A stretch of DNA of 64,000 bases from Armatimonadota bacterium (GCA_041690135.1 JAWLHY010000006.1:1-64000); one strand, 5' to 3'; shown: positions 20,838 through 32,278, numbered from the stretch's first letter. Program-made: numbers and translations. The notes: generated by a model not told the origin, from the letters alone.

Positions 20838-21161
20838 AGGCAGAGGATGCAAGGAGCGGCTTCATTGTCGTACGAGCCGAAGAAAGGTTGGCCGCTCACC
20901 GGCCTATTTCCTTGCTCCCGACCGCCTTCTTTAGGAAAAGCTCCCAACTCCAGCGGCACCCGCGGGAGGGCGAGCGGTTTGTTTCCGGGTCACAGGAGCA
21001 CTCTCCGCCTGGATTACTGTAGGCCACCACCGTCTAGCTGGGGTGAGCCTGACACTCATTGACACTGCGCTTCAGCATCCATTCCCTGTCCTAGTCGTTA
21101 GAGGACTCGTCGCCTGGCACCCTGCCGGGCGGGCAAGGCTCCTCACGCCAAGGAGGGAGAC

Positions 21162-22184
21162 ATGGGATCGCAGGTGCTTCCCGGCCCGAGTATTTCCTTC
21201 ACCAGGTACAAGACGTACGACGAGTGCCCCCGCCGCTGGCTTTATCAGTACAGGAGCAGCCTCCTGCCCGGAGCCCCCGTGTGGCCGGTCGAGCAGCAGC
21301 GGAAACTGGCCCCCTGGCAAACCTTTGCGGGGAAGGTGGTGGACGCAGCCATCGGGGAGATCCTTCACCGTTACAAACGGGAAGGGAAGTGGCCCGAGGA
21401 TGCCCGCAAGATCGCGCAAGACTTGGGATCGCGCGGTTGGGCGTTCTCGAAGGAATGGGTCCAGAAGGTGAAGCAGCACGCGAGTTGGCCCAAGAGCGAA
21501 CACGGCTTCCAGCCTTTGGACCGACACTACTACCACGAGCCGTTCACGGAGGACGAACGCCAGGCGATCCGCGAGCGGGTCGTGCGGTGCGCCGAAAACT
21601 TCATCCAGTCGGGCATCCCCGGCTTCATTTCCGGCTTCGACCCGGAGTGCTGGCGAGGACCTCGCCTGCCCAGCGAGCCGATCCCGCAGTTCGATCTCGA
21701 CGGGGTGACCGTGTGGGCTGCTCCCGACTTCGCTCTCGTGACGCCCGAGATCACCTACCTGATCGACTGGAAGACCGGTGCGCTTCACGGCACGAGTTAC
21801 CACTCTGCGATGACCCAACTTCACTGGTATGCGCTGTTCGCCACCCGCGCCTTGGGGGTCGCGCCCGAATCCATCCGCTTGATGCCGGTGTGGCTGTACC
21901 CCGAGGTGGAGGTCGAAGAAATGCCGGTCCGGGTTCAAGACCTGGAGGACCTGCAGGAGCAAATTCTGGACCGCTACCGTTTGCTCTGCGATCTCCTGCC
22001 CGGAGTGGAGAGGCTCGCGGCGGACCTCGAAGATTGGCCGCACACCTCCAGGGCCAGCCTGTGCAAGGGATGCGTGTTCCGGCAGTCGTGCGGCGGGGCC
22101 ACCCGCACCGCACTACAGGGGTCCGCCGAGCCCGATGAGGAGGATGAAGAGGTTCTGGCGGCCGAAGCGGCAGGGTCCGGCTAA
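21162..22184 (+). CDS. PD-(D/E)XK nuclease, AddB/Cas4-like with Fe-S cysteines
   Basis: ISFTRYKTYDECPRRW, APDF..IDWKTG, QLHWYA, CKGCVFRQSC. Confidence 0.85.
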   Translation: MGSQVLPGPSISFTRYKTYDECPRRWLYQYRSSLLPGAPVWPVEQQRKLAPWQTFAGKVVDAAIGEILHRYKREGKWPEDARKIAQDLGSRGWAFSKEWVQKVKQHASWPKSEHGFQPLDRHYYHEPFTEDERQAIRERVVRCAENFIQSGIPGFISGFDPECWRGPRLPSEPIPQFDLDGVTVWAAPDFALVTPEITYLIDWKTGALHGTSYHSAMTQLHWYALFATRALGVAPESIRLMPVWLYPEVEVEEMPVRVQDLEDLQEQILDRYRLLCDLLPGVERLAADLEDWPHTSRASLCKGCVFRQSCGGATRTALQGSAEPDEEDEEVLAAEAAGSG

Positions 22185-22231
22185 TTCGCGGATCTTCCGT
22201 TCGCCAAGGCAACTGTACAAATACTCCCAAG

Positions 22232-23866
22232 TTAAATATTGTCCCGATAATTGACACCCAATGCCCGCCAGGCTAGCCGATGAATGTTTACCCGAGCCTC
22301 TTCGGTAAGTTCAGCAGTTGATACATTTCTCCACCCATCATAGCACCATTGAATGCTCTCTTGCGGCCGAAGCTTAAGCCCAATCAGCCCAACCTTATAT
22401 AGCACTTGAAGCAGCAACCGTTTGAAAGACTGTGGTCCACATCGACCCTCCGCCACTGGGCGTGCAGAGTCGATTAGTGGATCGCCCTCTATCAACTCGT
22501 ACTCGGCCACTGTATCGAGACAGAGTGTGCTCCACTCGTCATCACTGATGTCGGATACGGAGAAGATTGCCGGTCTGCGCTCCAGAATTCGAACAAATCC
22601 CTTTAGCGATGGGTAATCAGCATACCATTCATCATAAAGAGCATTTAGTCGGTCGCGTGAATACTCTCCTTCTGCTCGTTGTATATCCTTCGGCGCAAAG
22701 GTAGGCACATCGTTTACTTGCCGAATGCACGCGTTGAAGAACTGTATTATGTCCCTGGGGCGCATTAATGTGCGATCAATCATATAGTCGATGGTATCTT
22801 GCTTGCCAATCTTCGGAGGAAGCACGTCCGAAGATACAACTGCCTGATTCGTGTATCTTTGCTCTACAAGGTGATTTATCCTGCGATTAAGAACCGTCTG
22901 TAGTTGTTTGCGTGTCCAGCCCACCCACAAGTTGAGCGAATCGTATTTTTCACGCTGGAAGCCAGGATCTCGCGTAGTCTCATATACTCTCTCTAGTAGA
23001 TCAACTCGCAGCGCGATTATGACCTTGGCATGGCGCATAGCATAAAAGTCTCGCGCCGTATCGATCAGGGCTCGGATGAGCCGAAGTCGCCATTGATCAT
23101 CAACCCAGTTCTCATCTAGGCGGTCTATGACGAGATAGTAGGGTTTCTGATGGTCCGAAATCAGCTCGTCCAGAGTGTGAATGATGTTCATTAGGGCACT
23201 TATCTGCACATTGTTTATGACATGTTGCGCCTTATGAACGATGTCTTGCCTTTCTTCCATGGTTAGCTTTACACCAGATTCTACCCCGGAGGTCACATTT
23301 CCATACTTCGCGCCCAACTTGGCTTTGAGATCCTGCTCGACCTTTTCAGTATACTCTTTGACGCGGTTCTCTGTATCCTCCCAAAACGAAGGCCCATATT
23401 TTTCTAACCATTCAATATTCTCTCTGTGCTTCTTGTCCTGAAAGAAGCGGCGGTACACCTGGTCTAAAAAACTAGACTTTTTCTCCTGGCTCTTAACGTC
23501 GAAGTGAGCACGGATGAGTTCAGCAGCGAACACATGACGCCACAGGAGTTTGAAAAATGGATCAGGGTTTATATTCAGCTCTGCTAGGAATCGCAGTATT
23601 GTCGAATTGGTTATATGTGGAAGTGCAAGAGACTCTGGAGCGACCGGGATCACGCGGCGCCCGTCTGAAGCCAATTGCTTGAGTAGTGCAGTCTTACCGC
23701 TACCGGTGCGACCCAGAACAATCCTTCGCGGATCGGCACAATCGGAGATCCGAGTGATATCTCCAGTGTCTACAAAACAGGCACGAAGGAAAAGATCGTC
23801 CGCTTCTGCGTCAGGTGCGCCAATGGTATCGCTGCTTCGGAATCGGAACTTGGAAGGTAATGCCAT
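22232..23866 (-). CDS. P-loop ATPase (Sll1717-like)
   Basis: 544 aa, AT-richer; IGAPDAEAD, GRTGSGKT, IDRLDENW, RTLMRPRDII. Confidence 0.8.
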   Translation of the reverse strand: MALPSKFRFRSSDTIGAPDAEADDLFLRACFVDTGDITRISDCADPRRIVLGRTGSGKTALLKQLASDGRRVIPVAPESLALPHITNSTILRFLAELNINPDPFFKLLWRHVFAAELIRAHFDVKSQEKKSSFLDQVYRRFFQDKKHRENIEWLEKYGPSFWEDTENRVKEYTEKVEQDLKAKLGAKYGNVTSGVESGVKLTMEERQDIVHKAQHVINNVQISALMNIIHTLDELISDHQKPYYLVIDRLDENWVDDQWRLRLIRALIDTARDFYAMRHAKVIIALRVDLLERVYETTRDPGFQREKYDSLNLWVGWTRKQLQTVLNRRINHLVEQRYTNQAVVSSDVLPPKIGKQDTIDYMIDRTLMRPRDIIQFFNACIRQVNDVPTFAPKDIQRAEGEYSRDRLNALYDEWYADYPSLKGFVRILERRPAIFSVSDISDDEWSTLCLDTVAEYELIEGDPLIDSARPVAEGRCGPQSFKRLLLQVLYKVGLIGLKLRPQESIQWCYDGWRNVSTAELTEEARVNIHRLAWRALGVNYRDNI

Positions 23867-24687
23867 CTCTAGCCTTTCTACGTTCGATCAGATTCTAGTA
23901 AGTGGTTCACGCTGCCAAACGTTACCCGGTTACCAACACGTTCGCTATGCCGCATCCCTAACGATCAATCGCCTATACAGCTATATTCCATTCAGTTGAC
24001 GAGGTGGTGGGGTGACCCTGGAAGAGTAGATCCTGAACCATGACGCATAATCAACTTATTCTTTGAAGACACGTTTAGGTGTCTCGTAGGGCTGAACCGA
24101 GATTGGGGATTGACCTTGGCGCTGTTTGAAACTCACTCCGGCGTTATGCAAGTCCTCGAAGGGCATCGGACACTCAACCGAGCGTTGCGTGGAGACGAGT
24201 GGCAGATGCCCCACGTCCAGTTCATTCCCCACAGGGTCGCCGCACTTCGCCGCAAATCTAGGCCGGGGTGGACCCACGACAACCACAGGCGCTTACCTAT
24301 TGGGTACAGAAGCAACGTTCCCCTGTCATCATTGGGAACCTCTCGCGTCTTTTCCTGCAAGGGTGGTAAAGTTTCGCCAGCAGTACTCCATACGGGAAAC
24401 TTGCCTGTCTGTCTTGCAACAGCGGGTGGCCAGCAGGTCAAAACATGCGAAACAAATGCGAAGCCAGATTGATAGACTTACGCCTGAACCTGCAATCTGT
24501 GCATAATGTGAACGTATCCTACAGCACCTCCCGGCGGCTCCCATCCAGCCGGATAATGATGAGTGAGTACGCGACGCACTTGAGCCCGCCACGATAGGGG
24601 TCGGCAGAATCGGGTGGCGGCTGCGAACAGGAGTTCCTCTGGAAAACGTAGACAGAGAGGCAGCAGACTGCACTTGATGCAGGGTCA

Positions 24688-24712
24688 AAACTGCTCACTT
24701 TCCGAGCACTTC
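24688..24712. repeat. Palindromic site copy 2: AAACTGCTC-actttcc-GAGCACTTC
   Basis: Matches the motif at 609, 29344, 35779. Confidence 0.8.
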
Positions 24713-24809
24713 TAGCAACAGGGGTTGCTCGTTGTGTCTCGGCCCGGCGGTTCAGCCCGGATCAAATAGGAAGTTCATTGCGGACGGACCCAAATGCTGC
24801 GGGTGAATG

Positions 24810-25145
24810 CGAGGCAACTCGTTGGTGAGTGTCGCAGTAGACCTGCCCCCGAACCGGTCTTTGGGCTCGACACAGTAGGCGCGGACCGTTTCGGACGAGT
24901 TCTTCCCGCACGTCGCCCTCCGGGCGGAGTCGCCTGCCGGAGCGACCGAGGTCACCGGTGCCGCCAGGAGCGCAGGAGATGCCCCAGAAGCCGCTGTAGG
25001 GGCCAGGAACGCTGTGGAATCCGTTCTCCCTTCATGGGTAGGAGGGCGGCCAACAGGCGGTTGCGGTCCCAGAGCTTGACCCCATTCGATTCCGCCAGCG
25101 TTGCCGCCTGCCGGGCGAACCGGCTGTTAGTCGCGACGACGCCAG
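24810..25145 (-). pseudogene. Mrr-like restriction endonuclease C-terminal remnant with Zn-finger, copy A
   Basis: VVATNSRFARQAATLAESNGVKLWDRNRL and TCGKNSSETVRAYC..RFGG in different frames. Confidence 0.7.
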
Positions 25146-25277
25146 CAGCAGCCCCAGGGGGATGCCGCCGAGAAACCCTTCGACCCGCCCATGCCTGCTG
25201 ACTTCCGTGTTCAAGATCAAGCTCCACTCTGGGAGGAGGCCAGGCCGGGAGAAAGCGCACCGGCGGGGTAGTCGAAA

Positions 25278-25995
25278 TCACAGCGCCCGCAGGGCACCCT
25301 CGATCCGGCGCACTGCTTCGGGCGGCAGGTTGTTCCGCGAGACGTAGACGGCCTGGGGGTTCTTGAGGCGGTAGCATTCCGCCTGCGCCAATTCCGGCAG
25401 GGACTCTCGCCAGGGGGTCTCCGCCCGCATCACGATCACGGGGCAGCCGGACCGGATCTTGGCGGCGGCGAGGGCCGAGGAATACCGCTGCGACGGGATC
25501 AGGTTGGGCAGGGCCGAGTATCTGCGAGAGGCGTACGGGAACAGTTCCGATGCAGAAGAAAGCCCGCCCGACCCGCTCCTTATCATAAAGGTCCACCCAG
25601 TCCCGCAGACGCTGGCTCCACCACCGCGAACCGCCGTTCAACAGGTAGCGCGGGTGGAGGGGATAGAAGGGGCAATCGGCCGGGACCTCGTGGCGAAGAT
25701 TCCCGACACACAGGTCCATCACTGGCTTCCGGGCATGGAAGACCGGCCCTTCTTCGTTGTAGCCGGGGTTGAGGTTGAGCAGGAGGATCGGCGCGTCCGG
25801 GTGGCCCAGATACGGCTCCGGGAAGACGTCGAAGTGGAGTTCGCACTCCCGCGCCTTCTCGGGCGGATACCGAGCCGCCAGCCGGGCGTTATGCGCCTGC
25901 ACCCACGGCAGATCCTCGGGCGTGCAGTACGGTTGTCGCCCCGCTTCGATGGTAAACCACGGGTTGGGCAGCGGAAGGGTGTCGAGAATGCTCAT
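25278..25995 (-). pseudogene. UDG-superfamily, Brig1-like DNA glycosylase with a +1 frameshift at ~25547
   Basis: PEPYLG..ILLLNLNPG..WWSQRL..FFCI then ELFPYAS..PSQRY; removing one G joins the two frames. Confidence 0.7.
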
Positions 25996-26045
25996 GGTCA
26001 GGATCGGAGAGTAGGTGAACGGGGAGGTCAGCGGCGCGACGCGGG

Positions 26046-26504
26046 CTATAGCTGGGACCGCCAGGCCCGGTGCCGCCAGACGCTCTCCTGGTGCCGCTCA
26101 ATCAGGTCCTGGTATTCCCAGCGGGCAACGTCCTTGTCGAAACCGGGCGGCTTGTCGAGCCACCGCTCCAGGCCAGGCGCGGTCTCCCGTCCCGCCTGCT
26201 TGTCGCTCTCCGCCAGCGCTACGAAGTAGCCGGAAGAGGGCATCCCGTAGCGGTTGCGGGGCCGATCATATAGCTCTGACTGACCCTCTCCGGCTTTCAC
26301 CACCACGGAGGTGATCGGTGGGAACCCGCGGCGCTCGCAGGCACGGAATACCCAGCCGAGCACCTGACCGATGTGCCCGCCCCCAGGGCCAAACGCCACC
26401 CCGGTCGCGCTATTGAGTTCCTGGTAGGTTGCCACGGTCTGCCGGGGAATGACCTCGGCAACGAGATAGGCGTAGATCCTCCGACCTTCCTCTGGCACAC
26501 TCAC
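26046..26504 (-). CDS. ATL/MGMT-like HTH protein
   Basis: TYQEL..G..IGQVLG..C..GFPPITSVVV..GMPSSGYF; GGAGG RBS before GTG. Confidence 0.6.
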   Translation of the reverse strand: MSVPEEGRRIYAYLVAEVIPRQTVATYQELNSATGVAFGPGGGHIGQVLGWVFRACERRGFPPITSVVVKAGEGQSELYDRPRNRYGMPSSGYFVALAESDKQAGRETAPGLERWLDKPPGFDKDVARWEYQDLIERHQESVWRHRAWRSQL

Positions 26505-27173
26505 CGGCGCAGCCTCCCTCCGCAACCCCACACGCCCGGACGGGCCACGCTGGCAGGCCATCTTTCGGGCGGGCGCGTCTTTGTCCCGTAGAGATTATTG
26601 CACGGACAACTGCCTTTTTCATCCTCGGCTGATCGGTAACCGGGGAATGCCGAGTCCCACTCCGTCCTCGGTCAGTGTTCGCGTGGGGTGCTGCCGCTGC
26701 CGTTGCGCACTCTGGGCTCTGGGCAACGCCTTGAGGAGCGGCTCATGGTCGTCGCCGCGTACCAGCAGCCCAGGTAGGGTGGCCTCTGTCATGACTGGCG
26801 CGGACTGCTCCGTGACACGCGAGAACACCTCCCCCAGAAGCTCAATTGTCCCGTTCTGCCCCTTCCCCGTGGGGCACCCCCCTATTTTCCCCTACATGAG
26901 CCCGAAGCTCGACGCTGGATGGGGGGATAGTTGTTTGTCCGCTCTAGAGGGTACTTTTCAGAAATGCGGTCCCCCGCACCGAATATGCGCTTGACAACGA
27001 GTAAGGGTTCGCTTTGCTCTGTACCGACGGCGAACCCCGGAACCGTGGCGGGAGATGGACCGATCCAACTTCCCGCTGTCCCCACTAGAGTCGCATTCGG
27101 TCCGCAGGGCTTCCTGCCAGGCGTGCCTCCACCAGATCTGCCTCCGCCAAGGGCGAGGTGCCCGCCGCCGCGT

Positions 27174-28340
27174 TCAGCAGAGCTTCTGGATCGCGCTTAC
27201 GAACGCCGTTCCCTGGAGCCGCTCGATTTCATATCTTGGCGGCGTCAGCGACGCCAATCCTCCGAGGGCTTGATCAGTCGCAGGATCAGTTACGACCGGC
27301 TTCACGAAGTCCGTGCCGAGAACCGCCTGGAGCCGCTCCCCGTCATTGTAGAAGTACTCCTGTAGGAGCGGAATCACGCGGCTGTACCACGAGAACTGAA
27401 GGTCCTCTTCCGTCTTCAGCCCTAGCAAATAGCTATGACCAATCTGGTGATCGCGGTCCAGTAGCGCTGGGATGCGTCGGTTCAGCCCGGTAAGCAGCGC
27501 ATCCAGCGCTACCCCGGCAACGGTCTGCCCGTTAAGAACCTGCGGGTCCGGCATCATCTCCATGAACGTGAAGCGTCGCCGCAGGGCCAAATCCAGGAGT
27601 GCGATGGACCGGTCGGCGGTGTTCATGGTGCCGAGGAGGTAGAGGTTCTCGGGCACCGAAAAGGAATCGCCGGAGTAGGGCAGCCGGACGGTGACGGTGT
27701 TCTCCTTCCCGTCTCGTTTGTCGTCCTCAATGAGAGTGATGAGTTCGCCGAAGACTTTAGAGATGTTGGCGCGGTTGATCTCGTCGATCACCAGAAGGTA
27801 CCGGTTGGACGGGTCCTTTGCGGCTCGGCTACAGAGGCTCTTGAACACCCCGTCCCGGACCCGGTAGGCGACCTGACCTTCGGACGGTTCGGGCCTCAAC
27901 CCTTCTACGAACTCCTCGTAGGCGAAGCTCTGATGGAACGTCACGAACTCGATGTAGTTGTGGCGGGCGACCCGGAAGGAGGGGATACCGGTTGTGTCGT
28001 TCCGCTCCTGCTTCAGGATGCTGATCAACTCCTGCGCTTCTTCGGGGGTAAGGGCGAAGAGCGTGCCCCGAGCATTGCATCGGATCGGTTCCGCATTCTT
28101 CAAGACAAGGTTCTGGGTCAACTTGGTCCAGTGGACGGGGTTCTTTAGCATCTGGCCCACCGGCTCAATAGTAATCCGCTCCCTGCCCGTCGCGTCGGTG
28201 TGCAGCGCCCGCTTCACGCGAGCAATGGCGACGATTTGGGATTGGGGTCGCGCTTGGTAGCCGAAGATGATATCGCCGGGGGCCACGAGGCTGAAGTTCC
28301 GCTGGATCTGACCTTTCTCGAAGGACTCTTCATGTGAGCC
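27174..28340 (-). pseudogene. mcrB: 5'-truncated McrB-like AAA+ GTPase with EVE-like domain
   Basis: [38 protein letters not shown]; no Walker A; upstream in-frame stop; no mcrC downstream. Confidence 0.85.
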
Positions 28341-28687
28341 GTTCTAACTCTGGGGCAGTCACGAACATGTTCGGAGCGGCTCGTGGCTGTCGCCGAGTAT
28401 GGGTAGCTCATGAAACAGGGGGCGTGTACCGGGGCAGCGGGAGCGGTCCTTGTGGCGGGGGTAAGCCAGAACGCCCTGCCATACAAGAATTCTTCTCGAC
28501 GCTATCCCGGTGGATCACTCCACATTCTCGCACCGAGGGACCGAAAATTCGCCGCCAAGCGGGAGCTCGAAGTAGCAATGGTGATTTGAGCTTCGGTTAC
28601 TTCGCAACTTGTGTTGCATACAACAGCTAAAGAGGAACGCACCGCAATCGGCACGTCCCATTTGTTACAGCGGGATCCAACCCTGCG

Positions 28688-29008
28688 CTATTGGCTGCCT
28701 TTAAAGCCTCCCATCCGTGACCGTTGACGCTCTAGTCGGGCTTTCCGCCCCGAGAGCCAATGCTTCTCGTCATGTTCAACACCAATACTCTCCAGGAATG
28801 CAGAGATCTGTGACCACGTGAATTCCCAACGGTTTCCGCGTCGCAGCCCTTGGAGCTTTCCCTCCTCAATCCAATCGAGGACCTTACGCCGTGAAACGCC
28901 TAGCTGATCCATTACGTCTAGCACGGAATAGTAACACATCGGCTCGCAGAATATCACACCCTCCTTCTCCAACCACTTCATTAGGTCCTGATCATCAACT
29001 TCAGCCAT
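28688..29008 (-). CDS. Excisionase-like HTH DNA-binding protein
   Basis: YSVLDVMDQLGVSRRKVLDWIEEGKLQGLRRGNRWEF; GAGGAGG RBS. Confidence 0.85.
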   Translation of the reverse strand: MAEVDDQDLMKWLEKEGVIFCEPMCYYSVLDVMDQLGVSRRKVLDWIEEGKLQGLRRGNRWEFTWSQISAFLESIGVEHDEKHWLSGRKARLERQRSRMGGFKGSQ

Positions 29009-29343
29009 ACATACCTCCTCATTCTACATTCACATCCGTAGGAGCAGACTACTCGTGTCTACAACTCACGACTGCAATGCAGGCGGTTTTCCTGCCATTG
29101 CCGGACCTTTAATACCCAAGACTTCAGAATATAACCTCATACATCAATTTACCGTATGTTGTATTCATCTGTTGCATGGGAGATGTTAGGTGTCCCCAAG
29201 TCAAATTCGCAACTCTGCATCTGCTCCAGCAAAGAGCTTTGTTATCCTGGTCAGCCATCTCATCCATTGCTATATGTAAGTAGTGCAGCACCCACCAACT
29301 GTGCTCTACTTTCGTTGCCAATGAGCTACTTCGAGTTATCTCA

Positions 29344-29368
29344 AAACTGCTCGCTTTCCGAACACTTT
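29344..29368. repeat. Palindromic site copy 3: AAACTGCTC-gctttcc-GAACACTTT
   Basis: Matches the motif at 609, 24688, 35779. Confidence 0.8.
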
Positions 29369-29695
29369 CAGTCTGACTCTGGAGAACTGCTTCCGCGTGT
29401 CGGAAATGCTTCGGGATAATACGCCGTAACCCGCACCGAATTTGATCGTCCTGCAGGCCATTTCGTGCGTAGGCTGTCCCCACAGGCGTCTGCACGCGCA
29501 TACCGGCCGGAAAGATGCAAGGGTGCCGAACCACTCTCGATGTGGGTGAGTGGAGGCCCGACTCCCCCGACTACCAGCAGGGGAGGATACACCTCGACCC
29601 CTTCGGCTCACAGGGTGATTTGCAAAAATGAGGGGAAGGCGCACAGAGCTACTGGCACCTCCCCCTCCCAGAATCCGCCACCGTGGTGGTTTTCT

Positions 29696-30940
29696 TCAAA
29701 ACTCCAGGGTATCCCCGCTTTCCAGCAGGGCTTCCCGGTCCCGTCGCGCTCGCTCGCGCACGTCCCGCTCCCAGGTCTCCTTCTGCGCCCGCTGTTCTTC
29801 GCGGGTGCCGTAGAGGGCTTCTTCCTTCTTCTTCAGTTCCAGGTGCCCCCAGGTGAGCAGCTTCCGGTGCGGGTTCGCGAGCCGGGCGAAGTTCCTCTCC
29901 ACCGGGTTCGGCCAGTCATACGGGTAGTCGAGTCGCATCGCCCGCAGGAATGCCTCCCGGATCGTCGCCGCCAGGTGATCGGCCGCCAGGAGACGGCAGA
30001 ACGCCTGATACCAGAGCGTCTCCTTCGCGCCGTACTCCGGGTCGTGGGTCGGCTCGTCGCCGGGCTCGACGACCGGGTGCCCTTCGCTCTTCCGCCGCGC
30101 CCGGTACCAAGTGCGCCACTCCTTCAGCAGGCCCACCGCGTCCGCGAGCCGGGGATCGGTGCTGTAGTTAGGCGGGGTGTACTTTTGGTGTCGCCGGGAA
30201 GGGAGTCCATCAGGGGCAACTGGGGCAGTATGGATGGAAGTGACTTTTCCTCCCGAAGGGAACCCCGAGGGGGCGTACTGTTCGATGTTCTTTGCTGTAC
30301 TCTTTGTACAAGGATGGGGCAAATCGCCCTTTTCACCAGGTGCATTCTGCCCTGATCTTGATTGGGGCAATCTGCACCTATCGTTACTACCGAGTCCATC
30401 GGAATTGCCCGGCCAAGCGGCAATAACGCGCGTCAACTCCGGGTAGTCAATCCGATAGTACTTGGTGTGGTCTCCGCGCCCCCGCCGCTTCTTGTCCGAG
30501 ATCAACAGCGGACCACGGGGATATCCTCCTTCTCCTTTTCCGACTGCCCGTTCCAGCTTACGGATCGCCCTCTTGATCGTGTCGCGGCTGTAAAACGGGA
30601 ACTGGTCTTGCCACTGGTCGTAGGTGTGGTACGTCCAGCGCTCGCCGCCATGCATGGTGTTCGACCGCTGCAACCAGTAGTGTACCTGCTGCAGGATCAT
30701 CGCCTCCGTTAAACCGACCTGGCAAGCGAGCACAACAGGTACTACTCGGATGGTCCCCTCGGGGTTAGCATCCTGCAGTACGAGGGACCTATCGGCGGTA
30801 GAGATAACGCGTGGCACGTTAACATCCAAACGGTCTGCTTCGGCACTTCCGCTCTGATCTCCGGAGCCACATCTGACGGGCATTGACAGGTTTTCCGGCG
30901 GCGGGGGCAGTGTGCATGCAGCACCATGATCTACAGTCAT
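29696..30940 (-). CDS. Phage/ICE-type replication initiator (HTH)
   Basis: LACQVGLTEAMILQQVHYWL..WTYHTYDQWQDQFPFYSRDTIKRAIRKLE; AAGGAG RBS. Confidence 0.8.
   Translation of the reverse strand: MTVDHGAACTLPPPPENLSMPVRCGSGDQSGSAEADRLDVNVPRVISTADRSLVLQDANPEGTIRVVPVVLACQVGLTEAMILQQVHYWLQRSNTMHGGERWTYHTYDQWQDQFPFYSRDTIKRAIRKLERAVGKGEGGYPRGPLLISDKKRRGRGDHTKYYRIDYPELTRVIAAWPGNSDGLGSNDRCRLPQSRSGQNAPGEKGDLPHPCTKSTAKNIEQYAPSGFPSGGKVTSIHTAPVAPDGLPSRRHQKYTPPNYSTDPRLADAVGLLKEWRTWYRARRKSEGHPVVEPGDEPTHDPEYGAKETLWYQAFCRLLAADHLAATIREAFLRAMRLDYPYDWPNPVERNFARLANPHRKLLTWGHLELKKKEEALYGTREEQRAQKETWERDVRERARRDREALLESGDTLEF
30316..30378. repeat. Three imperfect 15-bp iteron-like repeats inside the rep gene (putative origin)
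   Basis: ggggcaaatcgccct (30316), ggtgcattctgccct (30339), ggggcaatctgcacc (30364). Confidence 0.65.
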
Positions 30941-31816
30941 TTCAACAACTCTCCTTCACAGTACACTTTGTGGTCTATCTGCATTGACGGTCCAACAGCC
31001 TGCTACGTGCGGTCCGATTCCAATCGGGGTGCAGTTCCCGGCGGAAGTAGGGGGGAACTCGGCAATCACCCCTGGACTTTCTTGCTATTCACACCCGAGC
31101 ATTGAAGTCCGTGGGAGATCCTCTAATCTATTCGAGGATGTGTCCCGCGCAGGAAGGTAGGCGTGAGCAGGGAATACTCCGCCTTCACGGAAGGGGGTGG
31201 TGTAATAAATTCGAGGATGGCCCGTAGCTGGTAGCACCTTTGACCACAACCCGACAGTGGATGGAAATCTCTTACTCCACGCAGGACAAGGGCGGGGAAA
31301 GGCCCAGCACCTCGGCTAGGCGAACGTAAGGCCAGGGATCACCCATCGGTTCAAAGTAGTTCGGGTCCAGGTCAGGACAGGTGTGGTCCCGAGGGATCAG
31401 GAAGTCCGGCTTGTGCAGCGCCCCGTGCGCGGCGGGATCGTAGCCCACCGGCCATAGGTCCTGGCTGTCGAACCACGCCCCTCCAGGACTGCACCGGAGA
31501 GATCTACCCCTCCCCGCTGGTCAGCCCTGCGTAGTTTTGTCCGGTCCTACTTCAGGTGCTCCGGCGAGCAGCCCACCAGCCGAGTTCCATTCAACGTGTC
31601 CCTCGACCACCGCCACTGTCGCGGGCGATGATCCCGCTGAATGTGATCAGCGGTCACGCCCTCCTCGTAAAGGTAAGCCTCCGGCACTCGCCGTTAGAAT
31701 CGTACGGCAGGCATCCTGGCCTGCTCCCTGTTGACCATCTCGTCCAGTCGGGGTCACCGTCCCTGCTACCCGTCAATAAGGACGGCGAGCCTGGACCGGA
31801 CGGTAGAGGAGCTACG

Positions 31817-32278
31817 ATGCTTGAACGACACGTGCAGCCATGGGCGCTTTACTTCATGCAAACCCTTACGAATGAGGAGTTAGCCACCGCGAGCGTCATG
31901 CACCAGCTTGGACGCCCGGACTTGGCCCCGAACTACGATCCCACGGACGGCAGGATGGTGGTAGCACTGATAGGGGGATGCCCCTTCGTCGAAGGACATG
32001 CCAACGATGACCGGGGGGACGCGGCGGAGCTTCCGAGCTACATCCTCGACTTCTTCGGCGGGGAACTGGACGAGTTCGGGACCTTGAGACTTCCGGAGAA
32101 GTATGTGCAGTTCGCGGACCTCAAGTTATTGCCCAACGTAGAGTGGCGCTTCTGCGAGCTTGACCATCCTGTAACGTGGGGGGTCTTCTACTTCGAACTG
32201 CCCGACGGGGTTGCCCCGACCGCCAAAGGTGCGGTGGAGCCCCTGGACGACGTAGAAGAGGGTATCTGCGACTTCTAG
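31817..32278 (+). CDS. Hypothetical protein
   Basis: GAGGAG RBS before ATG 31817; 153 aa. Confidence 0.6.
   Translation: MLERHVQPWALYFMQTLTNEELATASVMHQLGRPDLAPNYDPTDGRMVVALIGGCPFVEGHANDDRGDAAELPSYILDFFGGELDEFGTLRLPEKYVQFADLKLLPNVEWRFCELDHPVTWGVFYFELPDGVAPTAKGAVEPLDDVEEGICDF

Noticed and set aside
21162-22184. cas4 of a CRISPR-Cas locus
   Set aside because: No cas1, cas2 or array in the window; the motifs are shared with solo AddB-like nucleases
24952-25995. 347-aa ORF as a real glycosylase-Mrr fusion
   Set aside because: It arises from the frameshift reading through into the separate Mrr remnant
31272-31485. Coding-like minus-strand stretch (AWFDSQDLWPVGYDP..)
   Set aside because: No clear start or RBS and no recognisable family; possibly a gene fragment
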